From contig CAWFQB010000001.1 in NCBI GenBank assembly GCA_963817895.1, positions 1 to 64,000 of the forward strand: DNA of 64,000 nucleotides, written 5' to 3'. The notes beneath the pieces were generated by a model. It worked only from the letters and a program-made list of their open reading frames with translations. It did not search any database and was not told the origin of the DNA. The DNA is from an uncultured Chthonomonadaceae bacterium. GTDB taxonomy: Bacteria; Armatimonadota; Chthonomonadetes; Chthonomonadales; Chthonomonadaceae. Below are positions 1 through 10,639 of the stretch, piece after piece. Made by a program: the position numbers and the translations under genes. Numbering within the stretch: position 1 is the first letter of the stretch; every line of letters starts with the position of its first letter.

Positions 1-1708
1 AGGTTAATCAGGCCCAGAAAGTCCATTTTCAGCAGGCCGATTTTTTCCAGCATGTTCGCGTTATATTGCGTTACGCAGCCGCCGTCCGCGCTCCGCGTCA
101 GCGGCGTATACTCCACAAGCGGGGTGTGCGAGATGATAACACCCGCCGCGTGGACGCTGGCATGGCGCGAAATGCCTTCCAGACGTTTGGCTGTATCAAT
201 CAATTTCCGGGCGGCGGGGTCGCGCACATAAGCGTTTTTGAATTCCGGGTTGGCGTCCATCGTCTTGTCAATGGTCATGCCGACGGGAATGGTGGGGATC
301 ATCTTGCACAGTTTGTCCACATCCCCGGCGGGATAGCCCAACGCCTTTCCCGCGTCTTTGAGAACGGCGCGGGCGGCAAGGGTTCCGAACGTGATGATCT
401 GCGCGACGCGGGCCTCTTCGGGAATGTGCTGATCGGGGCTGTACTTTTTGGTGACATATTCTATGACTTCGCCCCGGCGCGTGTCCTCGAAGTCCATATC
501 CACGTCGGGCATCTGGACGCGCTCCGGGTTCAAAAACCGCTCGAACGTCAGGCCATATTCGACCGGGTCAATATCCGTAATGCCCACCAGATAGAAACCA
601 GACAGCCCGCCGCGCTTCCGCGAACGCCGTAGAAAATGCCTTTCTTTGCCGCAAACTGCGCGAAATCAAGCACGATGAGAATATACTGCGCGAACCCGGT
701 TGTCTGGATAATTCCGAGTTCGTAATTCATGCGGTCAATCACGCGCTGGGACGGATTGCCGTTGTACTTCTTCATCAACCCCTCTTCGGAGAGTTTTCTG
801 AGGTATTCAAGCGGTGTGTATTCGGCGCGGGAAACCGGGCGAAGGCATGGGGGCGCGTCCGAATTCCAGTTCCACATGGCAGCGTTCCGCGATTCCCAAC
901 GTGTTTTCAATGCAGTTCGGGTGCAGCTTGTGAAACAAATCCTTCATCTGCTGCGACGATTTCAGATAAAACTCCTGCGTGGCGTATTTCAGGCGGTTGG
1001 TATCCGTGACGACGGAACCCGTTCCGATGCACAGCAGAATATCATGCGCGTCCGCGTCCGGCCCGGTCAGATAATGCACGTCGTTGGAACAGATGACGGG
1101 CAGGCCGAGTTCGCGGAAATTTTAAGCAGTTGGGTATTGGAGTGTTCCTGTTCGGGCAGGTTGTGGTTCTGGATTTCGACGTAATAGTTGTCGCGCCCGA
1201 ACAGGTCGCCATAGTACGCGCAGGCGTCGCGGGCCGAATCGTAATCGCCGCGCAGCAGGTGCGAGTTGATTTCGCTGCCAAGACAGGCGGTGGTGGCAAT
1301 CAGGCCCTCGTGGTGCTTTTCCAGCAGTTCGCGGTCCATGCGGGGTTTATAGTAGAAACCTTCGAGCGCGGCGATACTGGTGAGTTTGAGCAGGTTCTTG
1401 TAACCCTCATTGTTCCGCGCCAGCAGAACCATGTGGTACGCCGACTGGTCCAGCTTGGCCTCTTTTTTCAGGCGGTGACGCGGCGCGACGTAGGCTTCCA
1501 CGCCCAAAATTGGCTTCACGCCCTTGTCCTTGCACTTGCCGTAAAAGTCCGCCGTGCCGTACATGACGCCGTGATCGGTCAGAGCAAGCGCGGGCATCTC
1601 CATCTCCGCCGCGCGGCTGATGAGATGCCCGATACGGTTCGCGCCGTCCAAAAGAGAAAATTCGGAGTGAACATGAAGGTGAACAAAATCGCTGCTGGTG
1701 TCGCTCAT
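1..1708 (-). CDS. dnaE: DNA polymerase III alpha subunit, N-terminal part; runs off the window start; split over several frames
   Basis: PHP-domain motifs FVHLHVHSEFSLLDG, ALTDHG and GVKPILGVEAY in ORF 1067..1873 (ATG at 1708). Continues as HYLT...HDILLCIGTG (807..1079) and GVRGSAAG (548..910). KMDFLGL can be read near the window start. Frame switches at about 1110, 850 and 585. Confidence 0.95.
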
Positions 1709-2257
1709 AGTTGCCTCTGCGGGAAAGAATAGTGGGGTAGCCGCAAATACACGCGAATACACGCAAATCACAATGCTGTAGCATGGAAAGCGGGTATTTA
1801 GCGCCGGGAATATGCGTACTGCGCTACATGTAGAACATGAGGCTATTCTATTCGGTTTGGCAGCCAAACACAACTAGACAATTATGTACGTATGTGCGTA
1901 CTGGTGTTTGCTGCGAGTCGCTGATAGCAACTGCGCGTAAGGAATTTATCAGGAGGGTGGAAGATGCAGGAGGAAGCAGAGCAAGCGGACGATTGTAAAT
2001 CGCGGCGGAGGCGCGCTTTTCAGTTCTTGATTTCGGGAGAAAGCGCCATCAGCGCAGTGAGAAGACGGTACGCGGTTTGGAAGCACTTGACGCTTTCCGC
2101 CTGCGTAAAATGTTCGCCCTTAACTTTGCATTAACAGGACTATGCCATACTGTTTCCGGCGCAGCCTTGCCCTGTGCTTCCTGCGCGTCCATCTGGTAAT
2201 CCATTGCCGTCTTTTGCGCTGCCATGTTTATGAAAGGTTTGCGACATGACATTCTTC

Positions 2258-3401
2258 ACTCACCTTACGCAGGCGAGCAGTTTGTAGTCACAGATTTGCT
2301 GTTGTTGACGGTAGAATAGTGTCATGGACAAACAACTTCTGGACCTTTACTCAGACTATCTCCTTTGTTCGTTCGGCCTGACTACCGCGACGGGCCTTTC
2401 CACCCTGCTCGACGGCGCGATTAGCCACGACAAGATCACGCGGTTCTTGTCAGGACGTGACTTCACTTCTTCGGACCTGTGGCATCTGGTCAAACCCTTG
2501 GTACGGCAGGTACAATGTGAAGACGCAGTTCTGGTCTTCGATGACAGCATCGAAGAAAAACTCTATACGGATGAAAGCGAACTCATTTGCTGGCATTGGG
2601 ATCATTGCTTCAACCGCAACGTGAAGGGCATCAACATTCTGACCTGTTTGTATCGCGCGCCCACTGCCGCTCTGCCCGTTGCCTTCGAGTTGATCCAAAA
2701 GTCGGCTTGGGAAACGCATAAGAAGACGGGCAAACCCAAGCGAGTGTGTCCCAAGACCAAGAACGAATACCTGCGCGAGATGGTGGCGCAATGTCAGAAG
2801 AACCAATTGCCTTTTCGCTATGTCCTGGCCGACGCTTGGTTCAGCGCGGCAGAAACGATGATGCACCTCAAAAACGAAGGCAAAACCGACTTTATCTTCC
2901 CGATTAAGGCCAACCGCAAGGTGGCTTTGTCCCAGGAAGACAAGTTGGCAGGCCGCTATATGCCCGTATCCTCGCTTTGCTGCGAAGCGGACGCCGTATT
3001 GAACATCTGGCTGGAGGGGGTAAACTTCCCCCTTCTGCTGTGTAAGCAGGTCTTTACAAACAAGGACGGCAGCCAGGGCGTTCTCTATCTCGTGACGAGT
3101 GACACGACGTTAAGCGGTTGCGACATCCAGACGATCTACCAAAAACGGTGGAAAGTGGAAGAGTATCACAAATCGGTCAAGAGCAATGCGAGTTTCGCCA
3201 AGTCGCCGACCAAAACTATTCGGACCCAGAGCAACCATATCTTCGCCTGTTTATGGGCGTATGTGAAGTTGGAAAGTCTGCGTTTGCAGACGCGCTTGAA
3301 CCATTTTGCGATGAAAGGCAGGCTCTACAAAGCGGCCCTTGCCAGCGCCTACCGCGAACTACAACTGCTCAAAGGCATGAGTGCGCCTGCGTAAGGTGAG
3401 T
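2258..3401 (+). mobile_element. IS701-family insertion sequence with perfect terminal inverted repeats and target duplication
   Basis: ACTCACCTTACGCAGGCG (2258-2275) is the exact reverse complement of CGCCTGCGTAAGGTGAGT (3384-3401). Flanking direct repeat is TCTTC (2253-2257/3402-3406), or TTCTTCA if the IRs are taken as 17 bp. Confidence 0.93.
2324..3394 (+). CDS. IS701-family DDE transposase
   Basis: 356-aa ORF: LYSDYL...SHDKITRFL, VLVFDDS, YVLADAWFS, IYQKRWKVEEYHKSVK (DDE superfamily); fills the IS. Confidence 0.92.
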   Translation: MDKQLLDLYSDYLLCSFGLTTATGLSTLLDGAISHDKITRFLSGRDFTSSDLWHLVKPLVRQVQCEDAVLVFDDSIEEKLYTDESELICWHWDHCFNRNVKGINILTCLYRAPTAALPVAFELIQKSAWETHKKTGKPKRVCPKTKNEYLREMVAQCQKNQLPFRYVLADAWFSAAETMMHLKNEGKTDFIFPIKANRKVALSQEDKLAGRYMPVSSLCCEADAVLNIWLEGVNFPLLLCKQVFTNKDGSQGVLYLVTSDTTLSGCDIQTIYQKRWKVEEYHKSVKSNASFAKSPTKTIRTQSNHIFACLWAYVKLESLRLQTRLNHFAMKGRLYKAALASAYRELQLLKGMSAPA

Positions 3402-6255
3402 TCTTCAGCCGCGTCCGCCACGCCGGTTTCCGCCTTGTCTGCCTGTTACTGCTTGCCACAGTTGTCGTTGCCGCTGTGCGGGCGCAAACCCCAACGCCCT
3501 ATCTTCACGCGCCCTCCGTCAACACCTATGCCAAACACGACCCCAACGGCCTGACCATTCTCCCGACCGGGCGCTATCTGAAACCTGTCGGCAAACATCT
3601 GCCCCTCGCCCGCTGGCCGCATGGTCTCGCGCTTGCTCCCGATGGCGCGACGGCCTTTGTCGCCAGTGAGGGCGTGGGACAGTTGATTACGCAATGGAAC
3701 AGCGACAAGCCGACCGTAACACCGATTACGATGGAGGCCGGGGATAATGATACGCCTGCCCGCCAGCGGCGGCGTACCAACACGGGCGCGGCGGTATTTG
3801 CGCCCGACGGCAAAACCCTGTACTGGAGCAGCGGCGAAAGCGGCGAAATCTACGTTGTGGACGTGGCCGCGCATCAAGTAACCGGCAGCATCGCGCTCAA
3901 TGGCGAGACAGGCGGGCGAACATGGGCCGATAGTTTCGCGATGGACATCAAACTCAGTCCGGCAGGAACCACGCTCTACTGCGCGGATGTGACCAATTTT
4001 CGCCTGATTGTTGTGGATACAGTTCAGCGCAAAGTGGCGGGAGCCGTTGCGGTCGGGCGTTATCCGTACGCGCTTGCCGTGCAGGGAAGCCGCGTATACG
4101 TCGCCAACATCGGCATGTTTGAATACCGTCCGGTTCCCCTTCCCGCTTCCGACGCAAACGACAAGCGCGGCCTGACGTTTCCGCCCTTCGGGTTTCCGAG
4201 TAAAGAAGCGACAGAGGGCGTCGAGTTTGAGGGCAGGCGTATTCCCGGTTTGGGCGATCCCAACGCCGCCTGAGTCGTTTTCCGTGTGGGGCGTGGACGT
4301 ATCTTCGCCCTCACAGCCCCGCGTCGTCAGCCGGGTCAAAACCGGCCTGCTCGTCGGCGCGGCTTCCGACAACGGCAAAACCGTGGGCGGCAGCGCGCCC
4401 AATTTCCTCGTTATGGAGCCGAAATGCCTCCGAACCGGGCGGGTTGTGGATTTCCAACGGCAACAACGACAGTATCGAGCGGCTGGATTTGCGGACCAAT
4501 AAGATCACGCGGCGCGTTCCCATTCGGCCTTCCAAACTTGTTGCCCGTTTGCGCGGCGTGGCTCCGTCTGGCATGGCGCTTTCCCCGAATGGCAGCCGCC
4601 TGTATGTCGCGGAGTCCGGCCTCAACGCGATTGGGGTGATTGACACCAAAAGCGGCAAAGTGATTGGACACATTCCTACCGCGTGGTATCCCTATCGCGT
4701 TGCCGTGTCCCCGGACGGCAAAAAACTGCTGTGCATCTGCTTTCGCGGCTTTGGCAACGGCCCCAACGCGGGCAAATCCATCCCCGACAGCGCGTTTCTG
4801 CATCTCAAAGGCGTTCTGTCCGTCTTAGACGCGCCGACCAATGCCCAACTCGCGCCCATGACCGCGAACACGCTCGCTTACAACGGAATTGTGGATGGCA
4901 GCGCGGAGCGCGAAACGCTTGCCAGTCCCCTGATTCCCACTGTTCCCGGCAAACCCTCCGAACAAATCAAGTACGTCGTTTTCATCACCAAAGAAAACCA
5001 CACCTACGATACCATCTTCGACCACATTCCCGGCGCGAACGACGATCCAACGTTACTGCGCTGGGGCCTGCATCAGAAGATTGCCGCTCCCGGACAGCCC
5101 ACATTAAACGACGCCCCTGTAATGACCAACCACAACGCGCTGGCCCGGCAGTTCACCGTCAGCGATAACTTTTATATGGAACCCGAAGCGTCCGGCGTGG
5201 GGCATCGCTGGCTTGTGGGCGTACAACCCGACAACTTCTGCCAGATGCTGTACACGCTGGGCTGGAACTTCAAACTGAACAGTACGGCTCCCGGCAGGCG
5301 CGCATCCTTCGGCTCTAACGGCTCTCTTGCCCCGGAAGACTACCCGGAAGCCGGTTCCATGTGGGAGCATCTGGCGCGGCACGGCATCCCTTTCCGCAAC
5401 TACGGCGAGGGCTTTGAGTTCGCGGGCGTGGACGAGGGCGACAACGAAAAGCGGACGGGCGCGCGCGAAACAGTCAACATCCCCATGCCGAAAGTCCTCT
5501 ACGACAACACCTGCCGCGAATATCCTATCTTCAACATGAACATCCCCGACCAGTACCGCGCCCACTGGTTCATGCAGGATTTTACGGCGCGCTTCTTACA
5601 GGGAAGAGGGAAAAGGGAAAAGGGAAAAGAAGAGAAGATACGAGATACGAGATACAAGATACGAGCAGGAAAGGATTCATCCCTCATCCCTCATCCCTCA
5701 TCCTTTTTCCTCAACATCGCCCTGTGCAACGATCATGGAACCGGGCCGAACGCGGCGAAGGGCTATCCGTATGTCGCGTCGTGGATGGCAGACAACGATC
5801 TGGCGCTGGGGAGGGTTGTGGAGTTTTTATCACACACTCCGTACTGGAAAAACATGGCGATTTTTGTTACGCAGGACGATGCGGGGGGAGAACCGGACCA
5901 CATAGATGCGCAACGCAGCGTACTGCTGTGCATTAGCCCGTTCGCCAAACACGGGTATGTATCACATCGTCACACTACAATTGTCAGCATGCACCGGACG
6001 CTTTATGAGATATTGGGACTGCCGCCGCTCAACATGTTCGACGCGCTTGCCAACGACTTTTCCGACTGCTTCACGACCACGCCGGATTACCGCCCGTATA
6101 CATGCGTTGGCGTTGACCCGCGCATGTTCGACCCGGAAAAGGCCAAAGACCCCAAAGACCCGGAATACAAAAAGGCCGCGCAAACCGCTTCCATCCTCCG
6201 CGACGACCCCGACGAGGAAGCGGAAAGGGAAACAATTCCGTCCAAACCGCGCTAA
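3401..6255 (+). pseudogene. Secreted YncE/YVTN beta-propeller + alkaline-phosphatase-superfamily phosphoesterase; start codon (2246) separated by the IS; extra frame switches at about 4270 and 4440
   Basis: Propeller repeats (PHGLALAPDG, PYALAV, PSGMALSPNG), IKYVVFITKENHTYD, DNDLALGRVVE, TQDDAGGEPDHIDAQRS. The signal peptide is restored when the IS is removed. Confidence 0.85.
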
Positions 6256-6273
6256 AGGAGCGTACCTCACCAA

Positions 6274-6498
6274 TCATTCCACCGGCTTTGAGCGCGGCAG
6301 GCCGAACTGTTCCCAATTCTCCAGAAAGCGCATCGCCTGCTGGCAGGTCTGGTACGCTTCCACTGCCGCTTCGCCACGCTCACCCGTAAACGAAGCAGGC
6401 AGGCGTTCCAGATCGCCGCGCTCAATTGCCTCGATATTTTCGCGCAGCCACGTTTTCAATCGTTCCCACTGCTCTTCTCGCGTCAATGCGTCCGGCAC
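6274..6498 (-). CDS. Small hypothetical protein (74 aa)
   Basis: AAGGAG RBS 6 nt before GTG; plausible helical sequence. Confidence 0.6.
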   Translation of the reverse strand: MPDALTREEQWERLKTWLRENIEAIERGDLERLPASFTGERGEAAVEAYQTCQQAMRFLENWEQFGLPRSKPVE

Positions 6499-6513
6499 GG
6501 CATACTCCTTTGG

Positions 6514-6622
6514 GTAGATTGTTAGGTTGTTAAGTTGTTAGTTGTTAGTTGAAATACTTGAGTGTCTCGATCTAACCGTCTGTACACGTAGAACCTAACA
6601 ACCTAACAACCTAACAACCTAC
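6514..6622. repeat. Inverted-repeat element of 8-nt tandem units (GGTTGTTA)n ... (TAACAACC)n
   Basis: Arms 6514-6541 and 6595-6622 pair at 26/28. Confidence 0.85.
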
Positions 6623-7374
6623 TCCCCTGACCTCTGCGGTTCCACATCGCCCCGGTGCGCGAGGCCGTCCGCGCTTTCGGTCATTTTGGTAATCGGCTTA
6701 CGCGCCAGTTCTTTCAGGCGACCGGGCGCGAGGTTGCGCCACCAGCGGCGATAAAACTGTCCGATGAGCAGAAAACCCAATTTACTCCACCAGTTGGGGA
6801 ACGCGCCCACGCGCCAGTGCGCTTCGATCTTGAAGCGCACATCTCCCGTCGCATGGTCTTTCGTCAGCAGAAACCACTCAAACCCCCGCTCGAAGTGGCC
6901 TTCCAGCGTGTCGTAGCGGTAGCCGAAAATGCTTTCCGTAGCGGTGTTCTCTTCCCGCGCGTCCATGACCCGCGTCGCGCCCAAAAATCGCAGTCCCAAC
7001 ACTTTGATTTCCAGCGCCATGTTGCGTCCAATCAAGCGCGATTTTGGGTCATAATGCCCGACGACAATGCGCGGGTCGGAAAAGTCGTAGTTGATAACGC
7101 CCTGCTTCGCCCGCTCGAACAGCCCGTCCGCAACAGGAAGTCCCGGCGCTTCGGTTCCAAGCGAGGACTCCGCGCCATCTACCGTCCATCCCGCCTCTTC
7201 GGTCAGGTTTTCCGGCGGTTCGCCGTAGTTGGTTTTGCGGTCGGCAAGTCCGGCAATAAACGCGCGCAGGTATTCGGACGGCCAATTGCTGCCAAATCGC
7301 CACGGAGCCTGCGCTTCCCGTTTGTTTGTAGCCTGTTCACTCGCGCTGGTCTGCTGCACCACAATCCTCCCCAT
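6619..7374 (-). CDS. DUF1990 family protein
   Basis: FGYRYDTLEGHFERGFEWF matches the DUF1990 GF.YGTL.GH.E.GEE.F motif. Confidence 0.75.
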   Translation of the reverse strand: MGRIVVQQTSASEQATNKREAQAPWRFGSNWPSEYLRAFIAGLADRKTNYGEPPENLTEEAGWTVDGAESSLGTEAPGLPVADGLFERAKQGVINYDFSDPRIVVGHYDPKSRLIGRNMALEIKVLGLRFLGATRVMDAREENTATESIFGYRYDTLEGHFERGFEWFLLTKDHATGDVRFKIEAHWRVGAFPNWWSKLGFLLIGQFYRRWWRNLAPGRLKELARKPITKMTESADGLAHRGDVEPQRSGE

Positions 7375-7423
7375 GTATATAAAACCCGTTTCTTCGCCGT
7401 AAGACAGCGATTGCCCGCGCGTT

Positions 7424-7576
7424 GTTCCGGGATTAGGTTGTTAGTTGTTAGGTTGTCAGGTTGTTGGGTGTTCACTTCAAGAACTTGTCGCGTTCAAAGT
7501 AGACTGTTATTCACTTGCATTTTCATGGATACCTAACAAGCTGACAACCTAACAACTAACAACCTGACCCCGGAAC
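7424..7576. repeat. Second (GGTTGTTA)n inverted-repeat element
   Basis: Arms 7424-7474 and 7526-7576 pair at 45/51. Confidence 0.88.
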
Positions 7577-7634
7577 TTCCCGCCCGCCACTTGCGTGTAT
7601 TCACTACAAACTTCACGTATTCAGGAGTAGAAGC

Positions 7635-8123
7635 ATGAATAAATTGGCCGCTCAATTGATTCGGGGGGCGCTTGCCGGACTGGCGGCGAGTACCGTTCAG
7701 GTAATGGTGGGGAAGGCCGAGGAGATACTTTTTCCGTTGCGCCCCGATGAGGATGCCGATATTGCGCCGCGTCTTGTCGGGAAGGTTGCCGAAAACGCGG
7801 GATTGGAAACCACCAAGGCCACCCGCTGGACATTGGGAACGCTGTTTCACTTCGGGTATGGCATGTTGTGGGGCGCGGGCTACGCCGCTGCGGTGGAAAA
7901 GATTGAGGAGAAGCAGCCCGTCAATCCCCTTGTGGGCGGAACCCTGCTCGGTATGATTATCTATGTCATTACCTTTCCCAATTGGGGCGGGGCCGTGAAA
8001 ACCGGCACGGAACGCCCCACACACAAGCGCAGTTTCGGGATGCAGATGGTTACGTGGTCTGTGGCAATGACTTATGGCGTTTGCACAGGCTTATTTTATG
8101 GGCGTCCGCGTAGCCGTCGGTAA
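7635..8123 (+). CDS. Hypothetical membrane protein (DUF1440-like)
   Basis: AGGAG RBS; GALAGLAAS and HFGYGMLWGAGY; several hydrophobic helices. Confidence 0.65.
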   Translation: MNKLAAQLIRGALAGLAASTVQVMVGKAEEILFPLRPDEDADIAPRLVGKVAENAGLETTKATRWTLGTLFHFGYGMLWGAGYAAAVEKIEEKQPVNPLVGGTLLGMIIYVITFPNWGGAVKTGTERPTHKRSFGMQMVTWSVAMTYGVCTGLFYGRPRSRR

Positions 8124-8222
8124 GAACATAAAGAGAACTTAGCCGCGAATGAACGCGAATACACGCGAATAAGATGATGGTTTACGAGCGACAACATTGG
8201 TGTGGAAGTAATGAATGGTTGA

Positions 8223-9653
8223 GTGACAATTATGAGCGAGTACGATGCGGTTGTGGTGGGGTCGGGGCCGAACGGACTGGCGGCGGCGATTGTGATGGCG
8301 CAGGCGGGGCGTTCGGTTCTGGTTTTGGAAGCGGAACACCAGATGGGCGGCGGGGCGCGGACAATGGAATTGACGCTGCCGGGTTTTCGGCACGACATCT
8401 GTTCCGCCGCGCATCCGCTCGGCTTCGCGTCGCCGTTTTTTCGGCGCTTGCCGCTTGCGGAACACGGGCTGGAATGGATACACCCGCCGTTTTCGCTTGC
8501 GCATCCTTTAGATACCGGGGAAGCCGGGGTTCTGGATCGCTCGGTTGACGCCACTGCCGACCGGCTGGGCAAGGATGGACGGGCGTACAAACGGCTAATG
8601 ACCGACTTTGCCGCGCATTGGGAGGACGTGCTGGAGGACGCGCTCGCGCCCCCCATTCACGTACCCAAACACCCGCTGCTGATGGCGCGGTTGGGCTGGT
8701 ACGCCGCCCGTTCCGCTGCGGGTTTGGCGAAATCGCTGTTTCGCACAGATAGAGGGCAGGCGTTGCTGGCAGGGATTGCTGCCCATGCCGGGACGCCGCT
8801 CACCAATCCCATTTCCGGCGCGTTCGGCCTGATGCTCGGCGTTACGGGCAACGCGACTGGCTGGCCCATAGCCAAGGGCGGCTCGCAATCCATTTCCGAT
8901 GCTCTAGCCTCGTATCTGCGTTCTCTCGGCGGCAAAATCCAGACGGATACCCGCGTCGCGTCGCTGGATGAATTGCCCGCAAGCCAGACGGTATTTCTGG
9001 ACGTTACCCCCCGTCAGGCATTAACCATTGTGGGCGACAAAATGCCACTGGAATTTCGTCAGCAGTGGGGGCGTTATCGCTACGGCCCCGCGTCCTTCAA
9101 GATAGATTGGGCGTTGAGTGGCTCCATTCCGTGGAAAGCGCCCGAATGTATGCAGGCCGGAACCGTGCATCTGGGCGGCACTCTGGAAGAGTTAATCGCC
9201 TCAGAAAACATGCCGATCAACGGCGAGATTCCCGACCGTCCATTTGTGCTTGTGGTGCAGCAAAGCTCGTTCGACCCGACACGCGCCCCCGAAGGCAAGC
9301 ATACCGGTTGGGCGTGGTGTCACGTCCCGCTCGGTTGCAAGGAGGATATGACCGGGCGCATCGAAGCGCAGGTCGAGCGGTTCGCCCCCGGCTTCCGCGA
9401 CCTCATCCTTGCGCGGGCAAGCATCAAAGCCAGCGAAATGTCCGCGCACAACGCCAATCTCGTCGAGGGCGATATTGGCGGCGGCACGGTAGATATACGC
9501 CAACTGTTCCTGCGCCCCACTCCGGGCATCAACCCCTATGCAACGCCGATGAAAGGCGTGTACCTCTGCTCGTCCTCCACGCCCCCCGGCCCCGGCGTTC
9601 ACGGCATGTGCGGCTACAACGCCGCCCAATCCGCCCTGCATGATGGTTTCTAA
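8223..9653 (+). CDS. NAD(P)/FAD-dependent oxidoreductase, phytoene-dehydrogenase-like
   Basis: YDAVVVGSGPNGLAAA Rossmann motif; LTLPGFRHDICSAAHP; C-terminal STPPGPGVHGMCG. Confidence 0.9.
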   Translation: MTIMSEYDAVVVGSGPNGLAAAIVMAQAGRSVLVLEAEHQMGGGARTMELTLPGFRHDICSAAHPLGFASPFFRRLPLAEHGLEWIHPPFSLAHPLDTGEAGVLDRSVDATADRLGKDGRAYKRLMTDFAAHWEDVLEDALAPPIHVPKHPLLMARLGWYAARSAAGLAKSLFRTDRGQALLAGIAAHAGTPLTNPISGAFGLMLGVTGNATGWPIAKGGSQSISDALASYLRSLGGKIQTDTRVASLDELPASQTVFLDVTPRQALTIVGDKMPLEFRQQWGRYRYGPASFKIDWALSGSIPWKAPECMQAGTVHLGGTLEELIASENMPINGEIPDRPFVLVVQQSSFDPTRAPEGKHTGWAWCHVPLGCKEDMTGRIEAQVERFAPGFRDLILARASIKASEMSAHNANLVEGDIGGGTVDIRQLFLRPTPGINPYATPMKGVYLCSSSTPPGPGVHGMCGYNAAQSALHDGF

Positions 9654-9710
9654 CAGTTCGGTATTCGGTGTTCGGGTGTTCGGGATATGCAAAATCACTG
9701 CGCGTGAATG

Positions 9711-9739
9711 TTGACACTCTGCCCGCATTTTGATATACT
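9711..9739 (+). promoter_or_regulatory. sigma70-type promoter
   Basis: TTGACA-N17-TATACT. Confidence 0.7.
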
Positions 9740-9799
9740 GCCTGTTGAGGGTTTGACTGCTACGTTTTCCAACTATCAAACAACAGGAGACGGTACGCT

Positions 9800-10048
9800 A
9801 TGCGCCAGACGGCGAATACATCTTCGTGGAAAAAGAACGTTTTCGAGGGCCTTGTTCTGCTTGCTTGCGCGCCAGTTATGTTCTGGTACTTTACGGATTT
9901 CGAGAACTCACACGATCCCTCTCGCCACATCAACTGGGTAGTTGCGATTCTCTACAATATCGGCGGAAAGTGGCTGGTCTGCGCCGTTGTGTTGGGATTA
10001 GCGATCAGCGAGTTCGCCGCCGCTCGACGTAAGCGCCTGATGCAATGA
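9800..10048 (+). CDS. Small membrane hypothetical protein
   Basis: AGGAG RBS, two hydrophobic segments, downstream of a strong promoter. Confidence 0.6.
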   Translation: MRQTANTSSWKKNVFEGLVLLACAPVMFWYFTDFENSHDPSRHINWVVAILYNIGGKWLVCAVVLGLAISEFAAARRKRLMQ

Positions 10049-10110
10049 AAGGGAACAGAGGAAGTTTGCCGTAATTCGTTGAAGTTCAGGCACAAGAGAA
10101 ACAAAGGAGA

Positions 10111-10584
10111 GTGGGAGGCGCAGGGATGGAGTTGGAGACGACCGGTAAGCGCATTGTCAGCAAAGCGGAATATGTCGAGGCGCAGGCGAAGCGGCTGGGA
10201 TGGGTAGGTGTCGGTATTACGACATTTTTAGCCATTTCACTATGCGCGCTATTGTTCGTAGTTCCACTGCTGCAAAACGATCACGGAAGGTTAAACAAAC
10301 GTGGTGAATATACCTCTTCTACGTCAACGATGATAATTGTCTTTACTGTTATAGGTTGTTGCCTATATTTGACAAACAAAATTTGGGATTGTATTGGCAA
10401 CAAGGTGGTTGAAATTGATCCCGGTACTCCTCTGACCCACGCCAATACCGCCCACCTGCCCGCGCCCGACACTCTGGTACGCGCTTCTTCGGAGCCAACG
10501 CAAGCGCAGCAAACCGTACTATTGAGAGCCGTTGCCGCAGGACAGCAAACGCCGCCGGAACAGCTTGTTCGCGCTTCTTTTTGA
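10111..10584 (+). CDS. Hypothetical membrane protein with C-terminal L(L/V)RA repeats
   Basis: Two TM segments; tail TLVRAS...VLLRAV...QLVRAS. Confidence 0.65.
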   Translation: MGGAGMELETTGKRIVSKAEYVEAQAKRLGWVGVGITTFLAISLCALLFVVPLLQNDHGRLNKRGEYTSSTSTMIIVFTVIGCCLYLTNKIWDCIGNKVVEIDPGTPLTHANTAHLPAPDTLVRASSEPTQAQQTVLLRAVAAGQQTPPEQLVRASF

Positions 10585-10639
10585 GCAGAATTGAGCGGTG
10601 AATTGCTTCCTGTTGAATGGTTGAGAATGGAATATTTCA

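Noticed and set aside
548..1708. Programmed frameshifting, split gene or intein in dnaE
   Set aside because: No intein motifs were seen; similar frame breaks occur throughout the window.
1885..1900. GTACG-N6-CGTAC palindrome upstream of dnaE as an SOS box
   Set aside because: Short, single copy, and no match to a LexA box I can name with confidence.
2049..2252. 67-aa minus-strand ORF beside the IS
   Set aside because: No recognisable motif, and its start overlaps the RBS/start of the + strand phosphoesterase gene; unsupported.
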